The notes: a model not told the origin generated them from the sequence alone. Positions 53,260-63,362 are shown, numbered from the whole stretch's first letter. The stretch is DNA of 63,740 nucleotides, filler included, from Anaerolineae bacterium (GCA_029262755.1; 8 parts of 8 records of this genome joined end to end with filler, not necessarily neighbours in it); one strand, 5' to 3'. Program-made: numbers and translations.

Positions 53260-55710
53260 ATGCTGGAGCCAACTACCGTGAGCCTCGAATCCCAGTTCAA
53301 GACGCTGAAGGAACGCGAGATCGAGCAGCATCTCGAAGAGCACTTCGGCGCGATGGAGCCGCTCGGCACGCAGTACTACCAACTGGAGGACGGCCGGCGG
53401 CTCATGTTCTCCTATGCCAACGGCAACACCTGGTTCTCGGTGCGGGAGAAGTACCTCGAGGAGCGTCTGGCGGAGAACGACCTCTACCTCTTCGTCTGGA
53501 CGGACGAGGTGAACGAACGGATGTGGATTTTCGGGGTCCCGCTGGGCGAGATCGTCGCGGCCTTCGAGCGCGCGGAGCTGAGCCCGACCAAGAACCGGGG
53601 CTTCTACAACCTTCACTTGATGGACGAAACCGAAGACGGACACCGCTTCCGCCAGCTCGATCTAGACCTGGATCGCTATCTGATCCTGGAGACGGAATCG
53701 ACCCTCACCGGTCCGCGCTTGGGGCTTGACGACCCGCCCGATTCGATGAGGGATTCAGGACTGCCTGAAGACAAGCTGCGGAGGCTCCTCCGGTGGGGAT
53801 TGGAGGGCAGAGCGGACCAAGGGGACAACTTCGACTTCGTGATGGTGCGGCGAAGATTGGCGGCCATTCAGCCCGTGCTGGAGCTCCTCTCGTCCAAAGA
53901 GGAAGAATTTACAGAGGCCGGATTGCAGACAGTGCTCGAGAGCGTCCATTCCGCGCAGAGGCAGAAAACCAACATCCTGCGCCACAACACGATCGAGGAC
54001 GTGCGTAGCGAGCTGTCGACCTTCCTGACCGACCACTATAAGCCGGTCGAGAAGCGCATCGGCGAGCTCAAACTGAAACATGTGGGCAAGTCCATTGCCG
54101 GCGAGTTGGTGGCTTGGCATGACCCGGAGCGCTATCCCCTGCACAACGGGTGCGCCGAAGAAGGGCTGCGCTTCTTCGGATACGATCCCGGCCAGGACTA
54201 CGCAGACTTCCGTGAGGCGTTTCTTCAGTTCCGCGGCGTGTATGAGGCCACTGTGGGACGACTTCACGCGGATGTACCCATCAACATGGAGATCGATCAG
54301 CTCTTCAATCAGGTACACAAGGGCGACCTTCGTCAGAACGACGAAGAGCCCGCTGGTCGTGCAGCTCGCGCATGGCGCATCACCTTGCCGGACCAGAAAG
54401 AGTACGGGACCGTGTGGCCGACATGCTTGGAGCAGGGAATCGCAGCCGTGGGCCTAGCGGAGGTCGACCCTGACAACTGGCAATTGCGCGAGTTCTCCTC
54501 GATCCGACCCGGCGACTGGGTCGTGGCCTTCCTGCGTCAGAAGCGCATTGGAGGCATTGGACGCGTGCTGGAAGCCTACGATCTTGACAGCGAACTGGAG
54601 ATTCCGCCGGCCGAAGACTATTGGGACGGCAAGTTCCTCCGCCGCCTTCGCGTAGAGTGGTTCGAGCGCGAACTCTCCGTAGAAAGCCTTTCGCCGTCCG
54701 CGCGCAACCGCTTCTTCGGCGGTACGGTGCAGACGATTCCAGCAGCGGACTTCGACGAGATTCGCAGTCACTTCCCGGAGACACTGGAGTCCGACGACCC
54801 AGATGCAGACGTGGCGGATGCGGTCGAATACACCGTGGACGACTTCCTCCGCAACGCCTATCAGGCTGATCGCCGGCGGCACGATGAGGTCACGGAGCTG
54901 CTCCGCGAGAAGGGGCAGGTGGTCTTCTATGGCCCGCCCGGCACGGGCAAGACATTCCTGGCGCGGGAGCTGGCCAAATCGCTGATCGGCACGGCGCGAC
55001 CGGAAGAGAGCCGGTTGCAGATCGTGCAGTTCCACCCCGCATACAGCTACGAAGAGTTTATCGAGGGCATCCGGCCCGAGAGCAAGGAACACGATGGACG
55101 CAGGATGGTCGAGTATCCCATTCGATCCGGCTCCTTCGCCCAGTTCTGCCGCAACGCCGAGGAACAGGACGGCCCGTGTGTCTTCGTGATCGACGAGATC
55201 AATCGCGGCAACATCGCCAGCATCTTCGGCGAGCTCATGTACGCCTTGGAATACCGTGATGACGCGGCACTTGTGCGCCTTCCCTACTCCGGCAAGACAT
55301 TCAGAATCCCCAGGAACGTGTACATCATCGGCACGATGAACACAGCCGATCGCTCCATCTCCCTGATGGACTTCGCCCTGCGGCGGCGATTCCACTTCAT
55401 TCGCTGCCCGGCCGACGTCGGGATCCTGGAACGTTGGGTGGAACGGAACGAGCCGGACATGCCCTATCTGCTGCCCTACTTCAGGCTTCTCAAAGAGACC
55501 ATCGACGAAGAGGACTACCAGATCGGCGTCAGCTACTTCATGGACCAGGCCTTGACGGAGGAACGCCTGCGGCGCATCTGGCGACGGAGCATCGAGCCCT
55601 ACCTGGAGACTTATTTCGTCGGGGACCCCGGCCGCATGGCCGAGCTTCGCTGGGACAGTCCGCGCATGAAGCGACTGCGCCGGCCGGATGTACCGTCCAG
55701 CGATGGATGA
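53260..55710 (+). CDS. mcrB: McrB-family AAA+ GTPase with three N-terminal modules
   Basis: GPPGTGKT (54931), VQFHPAYSYEEFIEG, IDEINRG, MNTADRS signature, ALRRRF. Confidence 0.93.
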   Translation: MLEPTTVSLESQFKTLKEREIEQHLEEHFGAMEPLGTQYYQLEDGRRLMFSYANGNTWFSVREKYLEERLAENDLYLFVWTDEVNERMWIFGVPLGEIVAAFERAELSPTKNRGFYNLHLMDETEDGHRFRQLDLDLDRYLILETESTLTGPRLGLDDPPDSMRDSGLPEDKLRRLLRWGLEGRADQGDNFDFVMVRRRLAAIQPVLELLSSKEEEFTEAGLQTVLESVHSAQRQKTNILRHNTIEDVRSELSTFLTDHYKPVEKRIGELKLKHVGKSIAGELVAWHDPERYPLHNGCAEEGLRFFGYDPGQDYADFREAFLQFRGVYEATVGRLHADVPINMEIDQLFNQVHKGDLRQNDEEPAGRAARAWRITLPDQKEYGTVWPTCLEQGIAAVGLAEVDPDNWQLREFSSIRPGDWVVAFLRQKRIGGIGRVLEAYDLDSELEIPPAEDYWDGKFLRRLRVEWFERELSVESLSPSARNRFFGGTVQTIPAADFDEIRSHFPETLESDDPDADVADAVEYTVDDFLRNAYQADRRRHDEVTELLREKGQVVFYGPPGTGKTFLARELAKSLIGTARPEESRLQIVQFHPAYSYEEFIEGIRPESKEHDGRRMVEYPIRSGSFAQFCRNAEEQDGPCVFVIDEINRGNIASIFGELMYALEYRDDAALVRLPYSGKTFRIPRNVYIIGTMNTADRSISLMDFALRRRFHFIRCPADVGILERWVERNEPDMPYLLPYFRLLKETIDEEDYQIGVSYFMDQALTEERLRRIWRRSIEPYLETYFVGDPGRMAELRWDSPRMKRLRRPDVPSSDG

Positions 55711-56956
55711 GGTCGCGCGGGTCATCCGGATGGTCGAGTACCGCAAGAGCAGCGCGCCCGTCGCCTTGCCCCGGGACGAGGCGGAGACGATCGCGGAGCG
55801 TTTGTCCAAGTACCTCCGGATCGACCCGGCTTGGGAGGCGCCCGGAACGTACTGGCTGACGGCACGCCAGTTCATCGGCGACCTGGTTATCGGGACTACG
55901 CACATCCACATTCGATCCGCGAAGGCCCCGCTGCCCAACGTGATGTGGATGCTCGGCTACGTGGGCAATCTCGCGCACTTCCGACACGACCTTCGAGCCT
56001 ACGACAAAGACGTTGGACTGCTGGAGTACCTGGTCGCGGCCTTCGCCTCGCAGGTAGAGAACCTGGAGCGGCACGGGCTTCACCGCGCCTACGTGCAGCA
56101 TCGCGGCGACCAATCCAGGCTGCGCGGCCGACTCGACCTGCTGCGGCACGTGCGCGGACAGATCGTTCACCCGGAGCGCTTCGCCGTGCGCTGGTCTCAG
56201 CACACGGCCGACGTTGCGGAGAACCAGCTGCTGAAGCATGTACTTATCTCGCTGGCCGGGATTCGCTACCGCTCGATCCCGCGACTCCGGCAACGCGTGC
56301 ACCACATCGTGCGCGCGTTCGATCACGTGGAGTACGTACCGATCGCTGAGCGCGACTTTGATGCTGTTCGCTTCCACCCGTTGAATCGGCACTACGAAGG
56401 GCCCTTGGCCCTGGCTCGCCTACTGTGGCGTCACCTGCATGTTCGATTCTCGCAAGGCAGCGTGCCGTTCGCCACCTTCCTGGTCGACCTCAACCGGCTC
56501 TTCGAGGCCTTCATCGCTGCCTACCTGTCCAGCTACCTGCGAAGGATCGATGCTGCCTCCGAGCTTCGCGCCATCCCCCAATACACCCTGACCCTCGATG
56601 AGAAGGGATTGGAGCAAGCCTACGTAGATATTGTGCTTGCCGAAGGCGAGCACGATGTCCTGGCCGTCGACACGAAGTTCAAGAAGTACAAGGACGGCCC
56701 CGCCAGGGCGGATCTCTATCAGATGTATACCTACTGCCGGGCTCTCGGTATCCAGTCCGGAATTCTCTTGTACCCCGCGGCAAGCTCGATTCGCGATGCA
56801 CGGCACATTCGGGGCGTCGCGGTCCGTGCACGCTCGGTCTGGCTCGGCGGAACGACCGACGACCTCGAGCGGAACATGAAGGAGATGGCGCGCGAGTTGT
56901 GCGAAGAAGCGGAGCTGCAGCGGGTGTACCTACGAGCGGCGCATAGCAATGCCTAG
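55703..56956 (+). CDS. mcrC: McrC-family PD-(D/E)XK restriction nuclease subunit
   Basis: Overlaps the mcrB stop; GL...Y, LRGRLD, ENQLLK, DLNRLFEAFI, VDI...DTKFK, DLYQMYTY. Confidence 0.92.
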   Translation: MDEVARVIRMVEYRKSSAPVALPRDEAETIAERLSKYLRIDPAWEAPGTYWLTARQFIGDLVIGTTHIHIRSAKAPLPNVMWMLGYVGNLAHFRHDLRAYDKDVGLLEYLVAAFASQVENLERHGLHRAYVQHRGDQSRLRGRLDLLRHVRGQIVHPERFAVRWSQHTADVAENQLLKHVLISLAGIRYRSIPRLRQRVHHIVRAFDHVEYVPIAERDFDAVRFHPLNRHYEGPLALARLLWRHLHVRFSQGSVPFATFLVDLNRLFEAFIAAYLSSYLRRIDAASELRAIPQYTLTLDEKGLEQAYVDIVLAEGEHDVLAVDTKFKKYKDGPARADLYQMYTYCRALGIQSGILLYPAASSIRDARHIRGVAVRARSVWLGGTTDDLERNMKEMARELCEEAELQRVYLRAAHSNA

Positions 56957-57056
56957 CGCAAGGTCATTGGTGATGGTACGGTGAGAATCGTCTAGTTTTC
57001 ATTGAGCAATCGCATATGAATGCGAGTTGACGGCTCGTTTCGCGAGGTGGTGTTCT

Positions 57057-59612
57057 ATGTCCTACAACAGCCTGACCATCTCATCCGCCATGCGACAGAT
57101 CCGTGATGGGCAACTTTTGTTGCCGGCAATCCAGCGCGATTTCGTTTGGTCGTCTGATCGCATCTACTTGTTCCTCGACTCGCTCATGCGCGGCTATCCG
57201 GTGGGCACCTTGCTGTTCTGGAACACACGCCAGCGGGTTCAGTACCGCGCCTTCGAGTCGTCCTGGACGGACACCATTCGCCATACGTTCAGGGTCAAAC
57301 CCAACGGCCAGCCCGGTACATTGGTGCTCGACGGTCAGCAGCGGCTGCAGTCGCTCTATCTTGCCTTGGAAGGCGAGCGAGATCGGGCCCGTCTCTTTTT
57401 CGACGTGCTCAGTGGCTCCTCCGGTCGCAACGGCGCTGAAGAGCTCCATGGCTTCGAATTCCTGACGGACGAGGCAGCCGCGAAGCGTAACCAGGAGTCG
57501 GATACAGAAGGCTATTGGGTGCCTTTGAGTGAGATATACGGATGCCAGGGCATACCGCAGCGCCGGCATCTGGTCGGTCGCTACTCGGAGGCCGCGGGAA
57601 TCGACGACAGCGCACGTATAGCGGTGATCGACATCAACGTCGACACGGCCTTCTCCAAGCTCAAGGCCGAGCCGGTACTGAACCACTACACCATTGATCA
57701 GAACTACGGTGATGATGCGGCGGTGACGCCTATCAATGAGATCCTCGAGATCTTCGTGCGAATCAATTCCGGGGGCGAGGTGCTCAGCAAGAGCGACTTG
57801 ATGTTTTCGCTGATGCAGCTCGGCTGGGAAGGGGCTTCCGATAGCATCGACGATCTTATTGAGGACCTGAACAGCAAGGGGCGGTTCGATTTCAGCAAGG
57901 ACTTCGTACTTCGTTGCGCACTGGTTTGTTGCGGCCGCGGGGCGCGCTATAGCGTCGACCGGCTCCGCGAGGGAGAGACGATCGAGCAGATCGAGAAAGA
58001 GTTTCCGACGATAGCCACGGCGCTACGAAGCACCGTCGACTTTCTCGTCGAGCACGCCAGAATTCTCGACGGACGCGTGCTTGGTTCCTACAACAGTCTC
58101 GTTCCCTTCACCTATTACTTCTACTTGAATGGAGGCAAGCGGCCACGGGGAGAGGAGAACTCCCAGTCGATCAAGCACGCGATGTACCTCGCGCTTCTCT
58201 CGTCGGCCTTCTCCCGGCACGCCGACAGCCGAACGAACGGCGTGACCCGATACACGCTCATGCCGGCGCATGCTGCCGACCCGGGTGAGTTCCCGCTCGA
58301 CGGCTTCCGAGAGTTCATTCGTCAACGCACCGGCCACGACCGAATCGACAATGCACTGCTACAGCGCAACCCGATGCTTCTGATGAACATACTCGAGCGA
58401 GGAGTGCTTCTCCCCATCGGCAAGCGCCGGCATCGTCCGGAGGTCGATCATATCTTCCCGCAGAAGGGCTTGCGCGACCGAGGATATAGCCGGCAGATGA
58501 TGGACGACTTCGCGAATCTTCGGCTGGTGTCCAAGGAGGACAACATCTGGAAGCGCGACCAGGATCCAGGCACGTACTTCGCGCAGCATCCCGGCACGAT
58601 GGGCGACTACCTGATTCCGGAAGAACTGCTCGACTACGATGCCTACGAAGGCTTTCTGCGTGCTCGCCGCAAGCGGATCTGGCGGAGCGTTCAGGATTTT
58701 CTCGGGATTCCGGACGAGCTCGTCCCGCAAGACGATCGTTTAGCGCCAGGGGAAGAGAACGCGGCCTTGGATGCATTCGAGAAACGCTTTCGCACTCTGC
58801 TGGACACGGTGTTGCTGGAGGCGGTCGGCGCAGACTATTGGGCGCGCGTGGTGCCGTCCGGCTTGGCCGAGCGGGTCGACCGGCATGTGGCCGCCGCGCT
58901 GAAGCGGGAGCCGGGCAAGACGGAGGCGGACTTTGCCGCAGGCCGTGCCCGCCTTCCATTGTGCGACCTCGGCGGCTACGAGTCGATCGTAAGCAAGAAG
59001 GCGAATTGGCCCTACTTCGAGCACGTTTTCAGGAGCCGTGAGGACTTTCTAAGGCATATGACAGCCGTCCGCGAACTGCGCAACGCGGTCAAGCACTTAC
59101 GCGAGCCCAGCCTTGTCGAGCGGCTCAACGGCGAAGCAGGCCTCGTTTGGCTGGGTGATTCCATCGATGCAGCGATCGGCAACGATGGCGCCGCGCGTGC
59201 GTCGAACCCAGCCGCGATGGACCTCGCGGACGGCGAGGATGATGTGCCTACCATCGATGACTACGTCCGGTTGCTGACGCGCAGGGGAGTCCCACGCGGC
59301 CAACAACAGCTCTACCGCGAGCTGTATGCAGCGGGAGACGTTGGGGTCAGCCCGGATGATCTCGTAGCGCAAATGCCGCGGCGGGACCGCAAGGACTTGG
59401 GTGGGGTCATCGGCGCTTTCGGCACCCGAATCAATTACACCCCCGGTTACTGCAAACGGACGAAGCCAGGAATCGGCTTCGCGCTAGAGTGGTTTCAACC
59501 GATTGGCGACGACGCCGACGCCGATCCCCGGTATCGACTGCGCCCGCTCATGAGGGAGGCGCTCAAGAAGCTGGACCCAGAGTGGCTGGGTTCGGGGGGT
59601 AGTGCGGAGTGA
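57057..59612 (+). CDS. GmrSD-type (DUF262 + DUF1524/HNH) nuclease fused to a Swt1-like HEPN domain and a C-terminal wHTH-like domain
   Basis: LPAIQRDFVW, DSLMRGYPVG, LDGQQR, FVRINSGG; EVDHIFP..FANL..N; FEKRFR...NWPYFEHVF...RNAVKH (RxxxxH at 59079-59096); GAGGTGG RBS. Confidence 0.88.
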   Translation: MSYNSLTISSAMRQIRDGQLLLPAIQRDFVWSSDRIYLFLDSLMRGYPVGTLLFWNTRQRVQYRAFESSWTDTIRHTFRVKPNGQPGTLVLDGQQRLQSLYLALEGERDRARLFFDVLSGSSGRNGAEELHGFEFLTDEAAAKRNQESDTEGYWVPLSEIYGCQGIPQRRHLVGRYSEAAGIDDSARIAVIDINVDTAFSKLKAEPVLNHYTIDQNYGDDAAVTPINEILEIFVRINSGGEVLSKSDLMFSLMQLGWEGASDSIDDLIEDLNSKGRFDFSKDFVLRCALVCCGRGARYSVDRLREGETIEQIEKEFPTIATALRSTVDFLVEHARILDGRVLGSYNSLVPFTYYFYLNGGKRPRGEENSQSIKHAMYLALLSSAFSRHADSRTNGVTRYTLMPAHAADPGEFPLDGFREFIRQRTGHDRIDNALLQRNPMLLMNILERGVLLPIGKRRHRPEVDHIFPQKGLRDRGYSRQMMDDFANLRLVSKEDNIWKRDQDPGTYFAQHPGTMGDYLIPEELLDYDAYEGFLRARRKRIWRSVQDFLGIPDELVPQDDRLAPGEENAALDAFEKRFRTLLDTVLLEAVGADYWARVVPSGLAERVDRHVAAALKREPGKTEADFAAGRARLPLCDLGGYESIVSKKANWPYFEHVFRSREDFLRHMTAVRELRNAVKHLREPSLVERLNGEAGLVWLGDSIDAAIGNDGAARASNPAAMDLADGEDDVPTIDDYVRLLTRRGVPRGQQQLYRELYAAGDVGVSPDDLVAQMPRRDRKDLGGVIGAFGTRINYTPGYCKRTKPGIGFALEWFQPIGDDADADPRYRLRPLMREALKKLDPEWLGSGGSAE

Positions 59613-59715
59613 TGCCCACGGTGAGCCATTCGACGAATCTTGCTGCGCGGAGTGGATGATCCGGATTGGAGCAAGGCCGAATTCATGTTGGGCAATGCCG
59701 AGAACCGAGTCGCGA

Positions 59716-60443
59716 TTACCCCCCCCCGCCACCCGCCGCCCGCCGCCCGATCCGCTCCACCACCGCCGCCAGCCCCATCGCCGCCCCTTCGCGGCGGGCC
59801 GCCTCGTGCTCGGGCCCGTCCAGTGCGGACAGCGTGTTCGTGGCGTCCTCGGGCGCGAGGTCGAGCACGCCCTCGGAGGCGCCCACGATCCACGCGGCCT
59901 CGTCGGTCCAGACTAGGTCGAGGTAGACGGCGGCGAGGGCGGCCAACGCGAGATCGTCTCTATCGTCTTGCGTATTCGTCGACTGCGTAGGGAGGATCAC
60001 CTCCAGGCAGGAAAGCAGCGGTGCCGGCGCGTCTCGTGGCCGGCCGAGGCGCTGGAGCGCGGCTCCCTCCAAGGCCTCCACCTTCGCGGCCTCGGGGCGG
60101 ATGCCCGCGCTCGTGAAGACGTCGCGCGCGGGCCGCGCATGCTCGACGACGCCCGGCCAGTCCCCGGTCAGCCAGCAGGTCTGGGCGATCATGGCCAACG
60201 ATTCGCCCAGATACTCCTTGTGACCGACGTCCTGGAAGCAACGTGCCGCCTCGTGGAACGCAGACTTCGCCGCTGGGAAGCCGCCTCGCATCATGTGCAG
60301 GTAGCCCATTGCCGAGAGGCAGGCTCCCCGCACGAGCACGTCCGGGTGCTCGGACTCGCTCTGAAGCGACGGCTGCAGCCAACGATCGGCCTCGTGCATG
60401 GCAGCGTTCTGCACGGCGCGCATGCCCGCCATCTGCAGCGCGA
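59716..60443 (-). CDS. C-terminal TPR-like region of a large regulator/ATPase (5' part lost)
   Basis: Helical TPR-like repeats; AAWIVGASE and AARREGAAMGLAAVV tail typical of STAND/LuxR-type proteins. Confidence 0.6.
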
Positions 60444-60543
60444 NNNNNNNNNNNNNNNNNNNNNNNNNNNNNNNNNNNNNNNNNNNNTTAATTAATTAAN
60501 NNNNNNNNNNNNNNNNNNNNNNNNNNNNNNNNNNNNNNNNNNN
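60444..60543. other. Artificial contig linker
   Basis: N44-TTAATTAATTAA-N44. Confidence 0.97.
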
Positions 60544-60723
60544 CGATCGTGCCGGCGCGGGTACTCCACGGGACGAGCGGCCGGCGCCTGACCCGCCGCG
60601 CATCGTCTCCGCCGAACCGGGATCCGCGCTTAACGCGTCGGCGGCGCCGAGATCCGGCAGCCGGGGCTGGCGGATCATCGGCGCCGTCGCCGTGATCGGA
60701 ATGCGAAGCAGTGGCGTCGGAGA

Positions 60724-61131
60724 CTACGCGTCCCCGGACGCACCCTTCTTGTCGCTGGCAGAGACGAACCGGCGCTTCTCGCGCAGACGGGCCTTCTTGC
60801 CGGTGCGTTCGCGCAGGTAGTAGAGCTTTGCCCGGCGCACATGGGCGTGCCGGATGATCTCCACCTTTTCCAGGCGATCGGAGTGGAGCGGAAACGTACG
60901 CTCGACGCCGACGCCGTGGGCTCCGGTACGACGCACCGTGATCGAAGCATCCGCGGAGCCGCGGTGCTGCTTGATGATCACACCCTGGAAAGGCTGAAGG
61001 CGCTCGCGCTTACCCTCGACGATGCGGAAGTGACAGCGCACCGAGTCGCCGACGCGCAGCTCGCCGAGCGGAACGTCCTTGGTGGCTTCACGCAACTGCT
61101 CGCGGTCGAGCGAGCGGATCAGTTCGGACAT
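60724..61131 (-). CDS. rplS: 50S ribosomal protein bL19
   Basis: EGKRERLQPFQG, GVGVERTFP, VRRAKLYYLR. Confidence 0.97.
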   Translation of the reverse strand: MSELIRSLDREQLREATKDVPLGELRVGDSVRCHFRIVEGKRERLQPFQGVIIKQHRGSADASITVRRTGAHGVGVERTFPLHSDRLEKVEIIRHAHVRRAKLYYLRERTGKKARLREKRRFVSASDKKGASGDA

Positions 61132-61219
61132 GGCTTCGTTTCCTTAGGGTCCCGGGCGGGACCGGTCTGCCGAGGTTCAAACGCGAAGATGATACAGGGA
61201 GGGGGTCCTTCTGGCAAGA

Positions 61220-62092
61220 CTATGGCGCGTTTTCGGCCCATCCGAGGCTGAGCAGAAAGCTGCGATCTTGTGCATCGAGTTCCAGGTGTTCCAGCAGGTC
61301 GGGCCGGCGTTGGAATGTGCGTTCCAGCGCCCGATCGCGACGCCAACGGGCCACCTTTCCGTGATCGCCTGAGCGTAGCACGTCGGGCACGGCCCAGTCG
61401 CGAAACTCGGCGGGACGAGTGTAGTGCGGATGCTCCAGCATCCCGGTGGCGAAGGAGTCGGTCTGCGTCGCGGTTTCTAGGCCCACGACGCCGGGTCGCA
61501 AGCGCGCGACGGCGTCCGCGACGATCATGGCGGGCAGCTCGCCTCCGGTCAGCACGAAGTCGCCGACCGATACCTCGTGGGTCGCCAGATGGGCGCGAAT
61601 TCGTTCGTCGAAGCCCTCGTAGTGGCCGCACAGCAACACGATGCGCTCGTGCCCCGCGAAGTCGGTCGCCATCGCGTGGTCGAAGCGCGTGCCTTGGGGC
61701 GTGAGAAGGATGACCGGATGCGGGGGGCCGGGGCCGTCCGCGGCCAGCGGCGCGATCGCAAGGATCTCCTCGACGGCTGCAAATGCGGGTTCGGGTTTGA
61801 GCACCATGCCGCCGCCGCCGCCAAAGGCGTAGTCGTCGCTGGTGCGATGACGGTCTTTCGTCCAATCGCGGAGATTGTGAATCCGGATGTCGACCAATCC
61901 TGCTTCCTGGGCCCGCGCGATCATGCTGTGGTCGAAAGGGCCGGCGAACATTTCGGGGAACAGGCTCAGGATGTCGATCCGTAGCGCGGGGGCATTTGAT
62001 GAGGCTTGTGCCGGCCTTTCCTCGACCAAAGCATCGGACTTCGAAGCCCCGCTATCGCCAAGTAGCTCTTCTCGGTACACTTCGCCGCTCAT
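61220..62092 (-). CDS. trmD: tRNA (guanine37-N1)-methyltransferase (start uncertain: 62092, 62080 or 62029)
   Basis: RIDILSLFPEMF, GGGGGMV, LTPQG, CGHYEGFDER, GDFVLTGGE, HYTRP. Confidence 0.95.
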   Translation of the reverse strand: MSGEVYREELLGDSGASKSDALVEERPAQASSNAPALRIDILSLFPEMFAGPFDHSMIARAQEAGLVDIRIHNLRDWTKDRHRTSDDYAFGGGGGMVLKPEPAFAAVEEILAIAPLAADGPGPPHPVILLTPQGTRFDHAMATDFAGHERIVLLCGHYEGFDERIRAHLATHEVSVGDFVLTGGELPAMIVADAVARLRPGVVGLETATQTDSFATGMLEHPHYTRPAEFRDWAVPDVLRSGDHGKVARWRRDRALERTFQRRPDLLEHLELDAQDRSFLLSLGWAENAP

Positions 62093-63347
62093 GAATGCGT
62101 GCTCCCTGTACTCATCGCTCGAAATCCGGACACTGCTTCGAACCGTCGTCTTCGTCGGCGCGGTCGCGACGCTCTCCGGCTGCGTGATTCCGCCCGCCGA
62201 CGATGCGCCTCGTACCAGCGTGGCGCTGCGCGACTCGTCGACGGCGCAGCCGAGCGCTGCCGGCACGCGCGTCGCGAGCGATCGGGTGCGCGGTGGCAGC
62301 GGCGATTCCGCGGCAACACCCGATGTGCGTGCCTCCGCGAGCGATACGCGACGAGGCAGCGCGGGCGACGAAGGTGCGGGCGAGGGACCGACGGCCGAGG
62401 GCACAACGCCGACACCGCGGGCCACCGCCACCGAGCAAGCGACTCCCGGCCCGTCGAGCACGCCGACGCTCACGTCGCCGCCGAGTGAAACGCCGACGGT
62501 CACTCCCGCGCCTAGCGCGACCGACACACCGCTCTTCCTCGACGCCTTGCCCGACGGCATCCACAACCCGCCGCCGCCCTTCCTGCGCCTCGGTCGGCCT
62601 TTCCTGCCGGCCAACGACGTTGGGGCGAGCGCGACGTATCCCTATGGCAGCGATGGGGGCGGATGGTTGTTGTTGCATCACGGGTTGGACCTTGGAGCGG
62701 GCGCCGGCGTGCCCGTGACGGCGATCGCGGACGGGCAGGTGGTGTACGCCGGGGATGACAGCGCCGATGCCTTCGGACCGCAACTCGACTTCTACGGCAA
62801 CTTGGTTGTGGTGCGGCATGGGGCTCGGCTGGATGGGCGCAACCTGCTAAGTCTCTACGGCCACCTGGCAACGGTCAACGTGGCACAAGGTGACGTGGTG
62901 CGCGAGGCCGATGAACTGGGCACGGTCGGCGGCACCGGTATCGCGCTCGGACCGCACCTTCATCTGGAGATACGCGACGACGTACGCGACTACGGACGGA
63001 CCTTCAACCCGGCCCTCTTCACACGGCCGCGCGAAGGCGCCGGCGCGATCGCCGGCCGCCGGGTCGGCGCGTATGGACGCGCGGAACCAGGGATCACGGT
63101 GGCCCTGTTTCGCGAGAGTGATGAGGCCGGCGCCGGCACGACGTGGATCGCCGAGACCCGCAGCTATCTGTGGGGGCCCATCAACCGCACGTCTGCGTTG
63201 CAAGAGAACTTCACCTTTCCCGATCTGCCTGCCGGCCGCTACGTGGTCGAGCGGGTGGACGGCGGCCCGCGGTCACGGGCGTCGGTGCGCGTCGAGCCTG
63301 GCGCCCTGAGCGTAGTAACCTTGCGACCCGGTCAATCCAACCCTTGA
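62091..63347 (+). CDS. Lipoprotein M23-family metallopeptidase
   Basis: Lipobox LSGC; Pro/Thr linker; HHGLD, YGNLVVVRH, SLYGHL, GPHLHLEIR. Confidence 0.88.
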   Translation: MNACSLYSSLEIRTLLRTVVFVGAVATLSGCVIPPADDAPRTSVALRDSSTAQPSAAGTRVASDRVRGGSGDSAATPDVRASASDTRRGSAGDEGAGEGPTAEGTTPTPRATATEQATPGPSSTPTLTSPPSETPTVTPAPSATDTPLFLDALPDGIHNPPPPFLRLGRPFLPANDVGASATYPYGSDGGGWLLLHHGLDLGAGAGVPVTAIADGQVVYAGDDSADAFGPQLDFYGNLVVVRHGARLDGRNLLSLYGHLATVNVAQGDVVREADELGTVGGTGIALGPHLHLEIRDDVRDYGRTFNPALFTRPREGAGAIAGRRVGAYGRAEPGITVALFRESDEAGAGTTWIAETRSYLWGPINRTSALQENFTFPDLPAGRYVVERVDGGPRSRASVRVEPGALSVVTLRPGQSNP

Positions 63348-63362
63348 GCGAGGAGAGCAGTC

